64,000 nucleotides of DNA. Origin: the human T2T-CHM13v2.0 reference genome, Homo sapiens. The notes beneath the pieces were generated by a model that was given only the letters and a program-made list of their open reading frames with translations, ran no database searches and had not been told where the DNA came from. This document shows positions 44,562 through 58,150 of the stretch, piece after piece (position 1 is the first letter of the stretch; each line of letters begins with the position of its first letter). A program made the translations under genes and the position numbers. The DNA is taken from assembly GCF_009914755.1 (NCBI RefSeq), contig NC_060928.1. The stretch is one strand, 5' to 3'.

Positions 44562-44585
44562 CATACTATATATATATAGTATATT
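44524..44585 (+). repeat. (TA)n microsatellite
   Basis: Direct observation. Confidence 0.95.
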
Positions 44586-44919
44586 GTACTTCTCTTTATC
44601 TTTCCATAACTCCACTCTGTAGTTTATTAACTGTGAAACGACATGGAAATGAGAGATAGGCAATTATTTGTATCTTCTAGGAAAACACAATCAAGTTGGG
44701 GAGCCATGACCCTTAAATGTCATGACTGATACACATAAAAAAGAAAGGACACTTTAGGAAGTGTGTGCCATGGGGTGCGGGGGAAGCCTCAGTTGATCTC
44801 ATTGGGAAGGATGGAAGCTTTTCTAGGTAGCTTTAAAGATCATGATCTGGAATTGGACAAGCTCTGAAGTTTCCTATTACAACTAACCATTATATACTTG
44901 TTATATATATGCTTATTAT

Positions 44920-45064
44920 ATACTTGTTTTCCTGTAATCAGCTGGAGAGAGTATGTCCATTCCCATAGACTCACTGTTAAGTGCCATTATCATAAAGCTG
45001 CTTTGTGTTCAAAACACTTTTAATTACTAGGAACAATATTTATAAGATGGGTTTGATTTTTAGT
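44920..45064 (+). repeat. 145-bp dispersed duplication (partner 45576-45719)
   Basis: About 13 differences in 145 bp by manual alignment. Confidence 0.95.
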
Positions 45065-46138
45065 TAGTTATTATAACTTTCCTATTATAACTAACTCCCC
45101 AGCCTACATATCTTCTATTTCTTCCCAACATTGCATATTCCAGCAATTGAAAATTATCACAGCTAAACTTTAATTTGAAAGAGTAGAAAGACAATAGTTA
45201 CCCTCACTGCTTATCTGTAGGTAATGTGCCTACAGCAAGATAGAAAACTATATCGAGTCTCAGAAGAAGGAGCAATGCAGCCTACAAATGATTCAGTGGT
45301 GACTAGGATTTGTTTTTATTACTGGCATTATGAAATAGAATGCATTTCAAACTGTGAGTCCTACCTCTTTCTAATTATTTTCTCCACACTTTTTCTTTCC
45401 TGCACTCTATCTTCCTTTTGATTTCCTAAATCTGTTTCTTCATTCTGGGAGGCAGCCTACACCAATGGTTAAATATTTGTTAGTAAATGTCATGGTGTGC
45501 TGAAGAGTAGCATTTTAAAGTTATAGTAATTTATTTATGAATACAAGGTTAGAAGACAAGTCAATTTACCTCAAGATACTTGTTTCCCTGTAATCAATTG
45601 CAGAGAGTATGTCCATTCTCATAGACTCACTCTTAAGTGCCATTATCATAAAGCTGATTTGTATTCAAAATACTTTTATTACTAGGAACGATATTTTAAA
45701 GATGGGTTTGATTTTTAGTACGAAGAACCTACATTTCATCTTTTAAAAAGGTATCTTCTAAAAATTTTCTAAATCTAGTTTCATTGTCCCAAAAGCATCT
45801 CACAAGATTTTAAATGTTTTTTATGATTAGATTGTTGCATCAACATGCTATCAGATCCTAAGCTATGTTTGCTAGTTCTTCTCCTCAGGTACATTAAATT
45901 AATTGAGCATATTGTGGCCTCTGCAGCATGATGTTTTGCTAGTAAATGATTCATGTTGCGTCCCAACCACAGTGAACAGCAAACTTTCACCAGAAACAGA
46001 TGGAGGAATGATCTTGGCCATTTGTGGCAACCTCAGGTTCATCTAGGAAAAACTGAAGTTCATTTAAAATTGACCTCAATATGCTGTTGGCCAGATTTGA
46101 TTCACCTCAGGTGCATGGTTCTACTGAGAAAGTAATCA

Positions 46139-46158
46139 GCACCAGCAGATGGCCCTCT
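46139..46158 (+). promoter_or_regulatory. Candidate CTCF motif
   Basis: gcaccagcagatggccctct contains the core ccagcagatggc. Confidence 0.4.
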
Positions 46159-47229
46159 CTAGGCTCACTTTCCTAGGCAATTAAAAATCTGTTGCTAGGA
46201 TATATAACTATCAAATATTTGATATCTTTACGTGGCAGCACTTCCCCTCAATTTATGTGTCATGAAATTTTTTTCAAGAAATTTCTAACAAAGATAAAAA
46301 TCTGGGTTTTGGAATATAAGTGAAGCAAATGCAGTCCCCTTCCCTTTGTGCTGAACTACTTTCCCGCAGTACATAATTTTCCCCTGGTTACTCAGATTTT
46401 ATTCTCATTAAAAAAAAAAACAGCTAGCAAACTTTTCCCTGACTTTTCCATATCAAACTGTAGTTTTATGCTATGTTAAGTGATGATGTATTACTGTACT
46501 TTTATTTAAATATAATAGTGCTGCCAATCTGGTAGTGAGGGATATATTATGAGCTGTATTTTTAATTGACAGTCACTGATCCAACAGAGACTTTCTCTTA
46601 TTCTCATGATCATGAACAGAATTTTATGAGACAGATGCCCAGACCAAGTGGCAAAGTTAAACAGGGTCCATTTATATAATAGAATTTATGAAGTCTAATT
46701 TGTGCCAAGTAGATAACTTGATTAGATGGGGTAATGTGTCAAATGGGCAATTAACTATTTTATGAGCAATTTTTTTCAATGGAAGTTTTTTTCTGTGCAA
46801 AAGCTATGAAACATAGAATTATTTCTAAATCAGACAAAGAATTTAGCTTTATATGCTATTAAAAATTCTACAAATAAGAAAAAATGTACAGGAATATTAA
46901 TGACCATGTGAATGCAACTGAAATTATTTGATCACCTTCAGTAAACTATTCAAGTAGTTGTTTTAAAACAAAAAAAGATTCTTAAAACCCAATTTAGGTT
47001 AGAAAGCAGTTATTTTTGGAAATTGCCATAGAAGTTCATTTTTTATTTAGCCACCATTTGTTGAGTACCTATCAGGGCCAGCTTTTGTCCAGGTGGTAAC
47101 TTTGTGGAAGCTAGATTAAGGCGCAACTCCAGGAAGACACAGTTTGCAGCAGGGAACAGTGCCTGCAAACAGAGCATATACTGGAATTCAACCATCATTC
47201 ACCCTCTTGAAGAGATACTCTTTTCACTG

Positions 47230-48100
47230 AACAACTGGTACAATGTATGAGATGATCCCTGGCACCTACTGTATCTAGGCACTGGAAGGTTAATGGTGAG
47301 CAAATCGGTTATTGTCCAAGCCCTTTGAGGACATGCAGATATGTAAAAAGGCACACATTAAAGAAATAATCGTACAAATAAACACACAATTACAAAGATG
47401 TATTAGATGTTTTGAAAGAATAGATACTCAGAGAATAATACTAGAAAAGTTTCATTCATGATGAAAGATCAAGGTAGTCTTCTCTGAGGATGTGATGCTT
47501 AAGCTGACATTTCAAACATGAGTAGGAGTCAAGTGTAGAGAGGAGAATCTTCTAAAAAGTGGGAACAGCATGTTATGACCTTTGGGTTGAAAACTTTCCC
47601 ATATTGAAGGAACTTAAAGGAAGTTTCAGTGCCTGGAGCATAATGAACAAGGCTGGAGTTTTGTTAAGTGAGGTCAAAATCACTCCAGATCATGTAGTAT
47701 GTGTTAAGAACTTTAGATTTTAACCTAAAGTCAAAGGCCAGATGCTGAAGGGTGGTAGGGAGGAAGTAATATAATCATACATGCGTTGAAATAAAATCTC
47801 CCTAGCTTTTGTGTGCAAAGTAGATTGGAGGAAGGAAAGACAACATGCAAGGAGACAGTGAAGAGATTTGCAGTAATACAGGTGAGAAATGATGGTGATT
47901 GGTCTAAGAAGCTGGCAGAAGTGATGGGTAGAGGTTAGAAATGAACTCCATTGACCTTTGTGATGGACTGGAGTTGTCACAGTAGATGCCACAATGTGAG
48001 TTATTAGCAGCTGGATGAGTAAAGATACCACTGAGGGAGAAATGATTTACTGGAGGAGGGGAAGGCTTGGATAACAGATGTTCTCTTCATGGAGATATTT
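47230..48100 (-). mobile_element. L2 fragment
   Basis: ggcacctactgtatctaggcactgga, ctctgaggatgtgatgcttaagctga, gcagtaatacaggtgagaaatgatggtg. Confidence 0.8.
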
Positions 48101-48473
48101 GTGAGATGTGCTGAAAGATACATCAATAGGCAGTTGTGTGTGTGTGTATAAATATAAGTGTGTGTGCGTGTGCGTGTGTGGCCTTTGGGAGAGGGCTGTT
48201 ACTAGGTATATTAGAGTGAATGTTGTTAACTCCTGCATGAAATTCCAAGTTATGGACATGGATGAATATACCTATCATATAGTAGTAAGCCAAAAGAAAA
48301 TCAAGAAAATTGCTGAAAAGTCATAATCTGAGAGGACTGAAAGAAAAAAAAAAATAGCAGAGAGCGATAGCATAGGGCCCAGGAGCATAAACAGGCTTCA
48401 ACACATCTGTTAATTTGAATGCAGCTGTGGAGTCACATAAAAGTCCATTGGATTTGCCAACTGTGGGCCTTAG

Positions 48474-48573
48474 AAGATCTTAGAATAGTGAAGAAATGTG
48501 TATAATAGTTATTGAAGGAAACTAAGAGCACATGTTAACTGGTAAATGTAGGTAACTTTGACAGCCCATGTAG
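48474..48573 (+). repeat. 100-bp dispersed duplication (partner 49607-49706)
   Basis: 14 differences in 100 bp, ungapped. Confidence 0.93.
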
Positions 48574-48871
48574 CAAGAAAAGTTTTGTTTCATTCGAAAA
48601 AACTAAGAGAATGGAAAAGAAAATGGGTGGCATTAGCAACTGCTTCAGCTAAGAGAAATGTGGTCCCGAAGAGGATTAGAAACACTAATACAAACTTCAT
48701 ATATATGTGTATATACCTATTATAGGGATATATAAATTTATATACTATAAATACATGTATAGTCATAAATAGGTATGCATATATATACATATATATAAAG
48801 AAACAGAGGGCACATAGGCTGGGGAGTGGTATTTTTAAAAGCTTTAGAGCTTGTTCAAAGTATTGGAGATT

Positions 48872-48942
48872 ATATATATATATAGACACACACACACACA
48901 CACATACACACACACTCACACACATACACATGTATATATATA
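48872..48942 (+). repeat. (TA)n(CA)n microsatellite
   Basis: Direct observation. Confidence 0.9.
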
Positions 48943-49116
48943 ATGCCTTAATGCACGTTTGAACATTAAGGGGAAGGATCTAGTATTGAGAGGTATGTTT
49001 AAATGCAGGTGAAAGATGTAATAATCAATGGAGGGACATCCTTGAATCTTTGATAAAGGAAGATTTAGAGACAATATGGAAAGCCAGGCTTTTGTCACAA
49101 AGAGGGATGCTTCTGC

Positions 49117-49372
49117 TGTTTTTTTCTATTTTTAATTTTAGTTTGAAATTTTTCAAATTGAGAATAGATGAAAACATAGAGCAGTGGTCTCTTATGTAAC
49201 CACCATAGATATTCACTAATTGGTTGCATTTTGCCACATTTGATTTATATAGATGTGCATGTATATGAATACCTTTATGTATATGTGTATATTTTTTCTT
49301 AATCCACTTGGAAATAAGTTACAGGAATCATGACCCTTCATCTCTGAAACTTCAGCATGGTTTTTCCAAAAT
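49117..49372 (-). mobile_element. L1MC4/5-like 3' end
   Basis: cattttgccacatttg, aataagttacaggaatcatgacccttcatctctgaaacttcagcatg. Confidence 0.7.
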
Positions 49373-49550
49373 TAGAATATATTTTGGAAAAATAATACAG
49401 AAGAAATGTAGGCTTTGTTTTAGTGGAGGAAAGAAAGAGAGGGCAATTATAAGCAGTGTGGTTGGTGGTGAATACTCATTGGCAGTACAGAGAAACCATT
49501 TTGCTGATGGAATGAAGCAACATCATTCAATGAGAATAAGGGTAGGGAGA

Positions 49551-49642
49551 TTAGATCCAAGATCTTAGAAGAGTCAAGAAAAGTATATAATAGGAAGGTT
49601 AGATCCAAGATCTTAGAAGAGTCAAGAAAAGTTTATAATAGG
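49551..49642 (+). repeat. 48-bp period tandem duplication
   Basis: ttagatccaagatcttagaagagtcaagaaaagtWtataatagg twice, 1 mismatch. Confidence 0.95.
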
Positions 49643-52508
49643 TATTAAGGGAAACTAAGAGCACATGTTAACTGGTAAAAGTAGGTAACACTGACGGGTA
49701 ATGTAGGATGCCCCATAGAAGCTGGTAATCATCAGTTTAAATAATAGATAAATGTGATTGCTTAGCAAGTGAGTTGGAAGGATACCAGAATATGATCAGA
49801 GTGCTATGCTTGACTTTGTGTAGCACTTGTAACGACAAGTCAGTAAAGATTGAGGCAAAGATGTTCTAGAAAAAAGAAATAGTATGTAAATATCTGTGAA
49901 TACAAGAAAACTCATGACTAATTCAAGGAGTTAAAATAATAGATAAGTGGTAAAAGTGAAGTGGGAAAACAGGGCACAGCAGAACTTGATTAAGTTTGTT
50001 CATGGGCACTAGGGATAAGAGCATCAACGAAGTCGTACAATGTAACAAGAAGATATACCATAGTTGGGAGAAAATACGAACATATTTGTAACTCTACTTA
50101 ATAATTTTAAAATAAAACTTTGTAGTAAAATGTATTATACTATGATCAGAGAGTGGTGTTAGAATTTGTGACGCTTTCCATGGAGACAATATCTAGCATG
50201 CCACTCTGGGTATGGAAGGAAGGGACACAGTGGGAGAGGATTGCTTGAGATAAGATGACAAAACTGAAGAGCCAAGTGGTTAGACTGATTGCTTAAAGGG
50301 AAATCAATATTATCTGTGAAATTAGCAGTAATGGGATGACAGTAGAACTATGGACCTTCATAGGATGCCAGAAACTTCTAGAGCATTAATGTAAGGAGGA
50401 TATTACAGTATCATTGCTTCCTGGTACATCTCTGAAAAAACTATTAAATAAAGAATAAAAGAGGGGACATTTATTTATTTATTCACTCATTTATAAAATA
50501 AAGTAATGTCAGTAGTCTAAGGGGGTCACGAGGAAACCTCCAAACATGGTCATTCACTAGGAAAAAGAGAAAAATAGCTGCAGAGAGAGAGAAAAATGTC
50601 AAGTTTCAAACAAGATCACAAGGCAGAAAGATTAATTTAAAAAGATCTTGTGGCTATAGATAATTTTGCATTCTCATTTGAATATATTTTCTGGCTGTTT
50701 TTCTTTTCATTTAAGATGTTTAAAAGCAGTGGCTAACAAGTAATCAAGTACATCAGCTTTTCAGACTTCTGACATAATCCTGCAAAAGGAATTAGTAAAT
50801 ATTGAGATGTCAAGAATGAGTTTTTAAGCTATGCTGAGTAATTAAGCACGACCATGTTTAAATTCTGCTGGCTTTAGACAAAACTCTATATCCAGGAACA
50901 AATTAAAGATAATCAATGTTGAACACCCTATTTTGTGCAATACTGCAATAGGTGACCATGGAGAATAAAGTAGTCATGCCATTTAGAAGACATGTCTGGC
51001 AGCACAGAGCCAGATAAATCACTTCTAGTGAAAATGTCCTGGTGAAAGTTTTATGTACATTTCCCACCTTGCCCTGGTGAACTATCTGCACAGTCTGACT
51101 TTACTAACATTGTAGATTTCATATACATTTCAGGATTATTTATTTGGATCTATTCAAATGCATTTATAATTTTATATAATTATAAGAAATGTTTCTCAAA
51201 ATTTCTTAACTTTTTAGACATTACTCTGTCCTCTCTAGCCTTACGTGCAACAAAGTCAATTAACATTTACCATATTTTTATATTCCAAATGCCTCATTTT
51301 TAGATATACATAGCAACTATGGTTTATTACTTTATCCTGTGATTCTTTCCATTATTTTTATGATATACTGTACAAACATAGATAACTCTGTAAATCAAAG
51401 TTTACCTTCATCCTACTGTGTAGATAGTAGGTAAATAAAAGTAATCTATGTTAGATAAGGTTCTAAAGAAACAAGCAAATGGTATTTAACAAAGCTTGAA
51501 TTATAGTTCCTTTTCTCAGAAACGATTTCTTCAAAGTAACCTAAAGTTTCTTATTTCCCTACAAGTCTTCAACACTTTGCATATTAGTTGCTTGTATATT
51601 TCTAGGAAGTATACTCATGTATTTATTATGTACAGATCATAGAAAGGAAAGGTTTCTTTACGTTAAACTTTGAAAACCAATCAAGCAAAATCTTCCAGGT
51701 TAACAAGCATCTGTTGAGAGCCATCTGTAGGTATAAATTCAGAAATGTAAGCCTCAATGGAAATTGCTTATTTTAAAAAATTCCAAAGATGGTTCGTTAA
51801 AGGCAAACAACATACAGGCACACACACAAAAACAAACAGACACAGGTACACGTGTCTATTTAAAAAACATAGGGTATAAATTAGAAAATATAGGAGTAAT
51901 TTTTTTCAGTTACAAAAATCACATATATATGCCTGATCTACTCATATTAATTATTAGACAGAATTTCACTCACTGAAATTGAGTACAGAATTTAACTTTA
52001 TGCAGCATAAGGAACTTCAGGGAATGGAAGTTTACGAGAGGATCTAGTGATAGTGAAGGATCAACAGGGAGTTGATTATCTGGAGCATAAAACAAGATGA
52101 TGAGCATATGGCCAATGAATAACTTTTGACATGGGACTGACTTACTCTTGAGAAGTATAAAAGTATTTTTACTCGTGTTCATTGCTTTTGAATTTCTGTT
52201 TCAAACAAAAAACAGACCACCTGGAGCTATGAGATACGATGAATGGTAAAAATAAAGTTAGTGGGGTAATCCACTATTTAGATGTTCCCATCTCTAAAAT
52301 TATTTGCTTATACATTTAATCAAAATATTTATAGGACTAAATCTCAGATATAGTCATACTTAAGATAAATAGAAATAACTGTAAATTTTCATTAGGATGT
52401 ATTTTATGGATTTTTTAAAAAAAGTGTTCATAATCCAGAAAGTAAAAACCATCTGAAATTGAAAATTATGGTTTTTAATTAAAGATTTTAATATACTTTA
52501 TTAGTCAC

Positions 52509-52540
52509 CTTTTCAAGTTTACTACTTTTCAAGTTTACTA
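52509..52540 (+). repeat. 16-bp perfect tandem duplication
   Basis: cttttcaagtttacta twice. Confidence 0.95.
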
Positions 52541-54120
52541 TCAAAAGCTAGAACTCAATACAAATATGGAGCATTACCTTACCCTTATTACTATACTAAT
52601 AATAGATTTTTTCTCGTTTGATCCTCAGTCCCCTGCAAAATAGATGAGCTAGGTATTTCTATTTTCAGTTAATGTCCCAACAATCAAATTTTGTTCAAGT
52701 ACTTGGAGAAATGGCTAGGAATATTTATAGGTTTCCAAATGATTGAGTTTTCAATCTTCTCATAATTACTGTGTAGTTGTTCTGTAAACCGTAGAGTGTT
52801 ATGTAAATGTTTGCTATATTATTAGTTAGGCTCTTCCAGAATTCATCTTCCAGGAAAAGATGAAATACATATGCTCTAGTTTATATTGATAGGTCATCAA
52901 GGAACATGACTTATATTGAGCTTCATGTAGAGGATTAATTAATATTCAGGTGCTCGCCTTATCAACCTGTGCAGTCTAGCTTTTGCTGCCAAAGAGGATT
53001 CCAAAGAGGTTAAGGAAAATCTGGACTATATGTCTTCAGAGTTTTTCAAAATACAATTCCAAACAACTTTAACATTTTAAGGCATTAATGATTTGTGTTT
53101 CTAAGTTTTCTGTAACCTTTGATTATCTCTTCATTGATTGTGCCATCTTTATTTTATGCTTAATTTGTACTGGATTTTACTGGCCACTGTATATTTTATA
53201 TACTTTCTCTCAGTTAATTCCCCCAGCAACCAATTACGATATTATGAGATGATAGATAAATCTATCATCAAGGAATAGCTCTTACAACTTTATTAAAGTG
53301 GAAACTGAAACTCAGAGAAGTAGAAAGTTAATTGTCCGTTGCCACACAGTTAATAAGAAGTACACTAGAAGCAGAAACCACTATTTTATTTTAATTCCAA
53401 CTCCTCTTCTTTTCCCACCACATCATAGCTGTTCTCAAAAGACTTATCAGTGTCTTTGGGAGAGAAACACATTCAATGACTTACTATGTAATTTTGTGAT
53501 TGAGAGAATGACCCATGTGGCAAGTTAAAAATGCAAATATATTTCCTTTACAAACATAATTTAAGTATAGAATGGTAGCACTGTTTTACTATTTTATGAG
53601 ATGTATATTATGAATGGGAATTGGAATCCTGGTGCCTGAAAGTATATCAAGGGTATTAATTGTGATACTAATGTATAAAAGAAAAAAATTCAAATACCCA
53701 TGGGCACACATACTTAAACATCATCTTCTAGTGATACTCATTTTTTGAATCTCTTATGAAAATAAATCATTGTCAAGAAAAATGTTGCCAACACAGATAT
53801 ATTCCACTAGTTTTCTTATTGCTAATGAGCACATGCTGCTTCATAGGAGTGATCAGTGTGTTACATGCAACTGCAGGTAGATCAGTGGGATGCAAGAATA
53901 ACATAAAGCTTCAGAGAAGGAGAAAAAAAATAGCATGTATACAAACAAGAATCCACTGCATTAAAAAAATAAATTCTGTTAAAAATTCACAAACTAGAAT
54001 AAGATAAACAAAATTAAATAAACAGTCTCATGTCATCATAAAAGACCCAAAATACATTTTCCTTATAAATGCAAATATTATGTGTTCGTAATATGGCTTG
54101 AGCATGAAAATAGAGGATTA

Positions 54121-54614
<494 letters not shown>

Positions 54615-55079
54615 TCAGATTCACCTTCCTACCAGTGTTTTTATTGTGTCCTACAAAGCAAGTATTGATGTTGATCTTCCTTAAAATCTGAGCTTTTACA
54701 AACCAATTGCTTGTTTATATCTTTCTTTGCCTCCAAGATGGTGCGTTATTTCAAACATGTTCACATTTGTTGAATTTGTACATAATCTACATTAATTTTT
54801 TACATTTGAATAGAAATAAGGTGAATTACCTCAATTTATGCAATTCATGCCTCTATCATGGTTTGTTAGATGTTTGATTGTAGTACACTGGGTCTCTGTA
54901 TTTACTTCCCCATGTTAGAGAAGGGGACAAGCCATTCTGAACAGAGCATTGGAGTAGGAATCAGAACTCCTGGGTTCCAGACATGGCTCTACCAATAGTT
55001 TGTGTCCCAGGGAAAGATATTCTATCTCGTTGTACCTCATTTTTCTTGTCTCTAAAGTTAATCTTCAAAGGATTACATA

Positions 55080-55240
55080 AGTTGTTCTCAATTCTGGCTG
55101 TATAATTACCTGACAAACTTTTAAAACCTCCTGGTACATAGTCCCCATTTCAAATATATTAAATCAGAATTTGGGGGAGTAGTGCAATGATATTTGTAAA
55201 GATCTTCTTAGTTGATTCTATATGCAGAATTCATTAAGAA
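55080..55240. mobile_element. MER5-type hAT MITE
   Basis: gttctcaattctggctgta, ttaaatcagaattt, tgattctatatgcag. Confidence 0.65.
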
Positions 55241-55666
55241 AGACTATTTTTAGGTACGGGGACCCATTAGCTGTTGGTTGTCTTGAATGAGGTTTAACCA
55301 GGCCCACAAGACTTCTGAGTACCAAAGGCATGTATAATAATTTAGAAGATGGTATGCATATGGGCAAAAATGTTGTGTCATGTATAGCACACTCCAACCA
55401 AAAGAAGTCTTGTTAAAACAAAATTCAGCGAAAGTTGTTGCTTACCTGCTTAGAGCAAAGAAGTAATTGTAATGAGTCATTATAAAATCTATGATAAAAT
55501 CCATGTAAATATGAAGAATTCAGTTTGGTAATAAAATTATTATCAAATGTAGAAATAACTATATATGACCATATGTGGCCTGTAAATGGAGCAAAAATTA
55601 TATTTATTTTTAGTAAGGTTTTCAAGTTGCTGTTGTGACATAAAATATGAAATAAGAAACATTTCT

Positions 55667-55974
<308 letters not shown>

Positions 55975-56252
55975 AAGAAACATTTCTGAGGCCAAATCCA
56001 ATGATTCTGTTTTATTGGTGCTTTTTAAGTAAATACCTCCTTATACTTTCTGAAATATATTTTTTTCACATTTGGTGAGAACTCTATTAGCAACGGTCTG
56101 GAAAGTGTCTGCCATATACAAGCCAACCCTAATTAGTTTTAAGCCTTTGAGCCTTATTTTTAATTTGGTGAAATCCACGAAAAGTTTCCAGGTACCATTT
56201 GAAGATGTATTAAAAAGACTAAAAGCTCCAAATATCAAGATGGTCTTGCTAA

Positions 56253-56393
<141 letters not shown>

Positions 56394-56469
56394 TAAAGTT
56401 TTTAAAATTTATTTAACTGTTTCCTTTATACATAGATTGGCATATAGACACTTGAGACTATCCAGTGCG

Positions 56470-56716
56470 GATGATGATGATGATGGTGCTGGTGGTGGTA
56501 ACAATGGTGATGCTAGTGTTGGTAATGTTGATCAAGATGGTGATGGTGATGATGGTGATGGTGATATGGTAATGATGGTGGAGGTGGTGGTGGTGGTGGT
56601 AACAATGGCGATGCTGGTGATGGTGATGTTGATGAAGCTGGTGATGGTGATGATGGTAATGGTGATGGTGACATAATAATGATGATGGTGATGATGGTAA
56701 TGGTGATGGTGACGGT
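56470..56716 (+). repeat. Degenerate (GAT/GGT)n trinucleotide low-complexity tract
   Basis: ~250 bp of gat/ggt/aat triplets. Confidence 0.95.
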
Positions 56717-57889
56717 CAAGAAGATGAGGATGCCTCTTATCTTTTACCTTGTCAATTACAGGCCAAAACATAAAGAGACATATCAGCTGCATCAATAGTA
56801 AACCTAGTTATGCCTACAAATATTTTCGATGTCATGTAATTTTTGTGATGTTTTTAAACATGTGTAAAACTACACTTTTGTACTAAGGATATGATAGTAT
56901 ATCATACCCCAAACATCATGAACTGATGAAATCTCTTGAAATATTCTTTGAGGATAACAATTTAGCAAACAGAATGGCATGTATAAACTTCAGAAATCAG
57001 TGAAAATGTTCCTCTCTTAAGTTAGTTTATGTTTGGGAATTGCATCAGTGTTTTCTTGGTATGTTATTCCTAGCCCCAGCTTGAACCTAATACTTGGAGG
57101 ATAAGTAAATGGGAAGAAGTAGTTGACTTGTCGTGTAGGACTGAAGAAGTAAACAATGAGATTGGATTCTAAAGACCCAAGTAGCTGGGATTTGCCCTAA
57201 GAGAGAACAGTCTCCCAGTCTGAGAGCCCCAGTCTAACGTTAGCTGGAGGAAGAAGAGGACTGTTACCAGAGATATTCAACCAGAGGCTTCACCTATTGT
57301 GATGTTTAAAGAGATTCCTGCCACAGCTGAAAGTTATTTTAGACAACTTCTAAGGTCTCTTTCATTTCTATAATCTGTGGTTAATGATAGAAGCCTAATC
57401 TTTTGGGTAAGATGCTTCAACTATATAAAAATAAATGTCATAGTGATGTAGTTTGACACTTTCTTTGATATATTGCAATAACTCTGACTTCTCTTTTTTT
57501 AATACTTTGTGTTTGATGTTGGAAGATAGAACAGAGCTTTAAGTTTCACTTTTGGGTTTTTTTTAAAGGCCTTGATAATATTTCAGGATAGAAAGATACC
57601 TAAGCAGATATTAGTCATTTTGACTAATACATACACAACTCATATGGCAATCTCATCACCAAAATCCAACTAAGATTTTAGTTATTGTGATGTAACTAAA
57701 TGTTGGGGCTAGAAAGGGCAATTGATTTGTGAAAGAGAAATGTCCATTAATTTAGGAGATACTAAAACACAGAATGTGTAGTTTTGTGCTACAACACCCT
57801 CTCTGATAATAATCACAAGCTTTTCAGAGGTTTAATTTCAGAAGTCGTGGTAAGAATAATGACTATATTTAAGGAGTCTGAGGAACAGC

Positions 57890-58080
57890 TTTGCAGGCAT
57901 TATATTATTTGGTCATCACAACAACTCTTTATTCTATTGTCTTCATTTGACAGAAAGGAAAACTGAGAGTTGGAGTTGATAAGTACCTCAACCAATATCA
58001 CATTACTGTGAATGACAAAGCAGGACTTGGAATGCAGGAAGTCAGCCTCCATCATCTGCACCTCTTCCCCCACATTCCAC
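57890..58080 (-). mobile_element. MIR fragment
   Basis: catttgacagaaaggaaaactgaga, gcaggacttggaatgcaggaagtcagcctcca. Confidence 0.7.
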
Positions 58081-58150
58081 AATCTAAGTTGGCAGCTCCC
58101 ATGCCTGCATTCATACCTCTAGTTACTCTGTCTTCCTGATATAACTGCAC

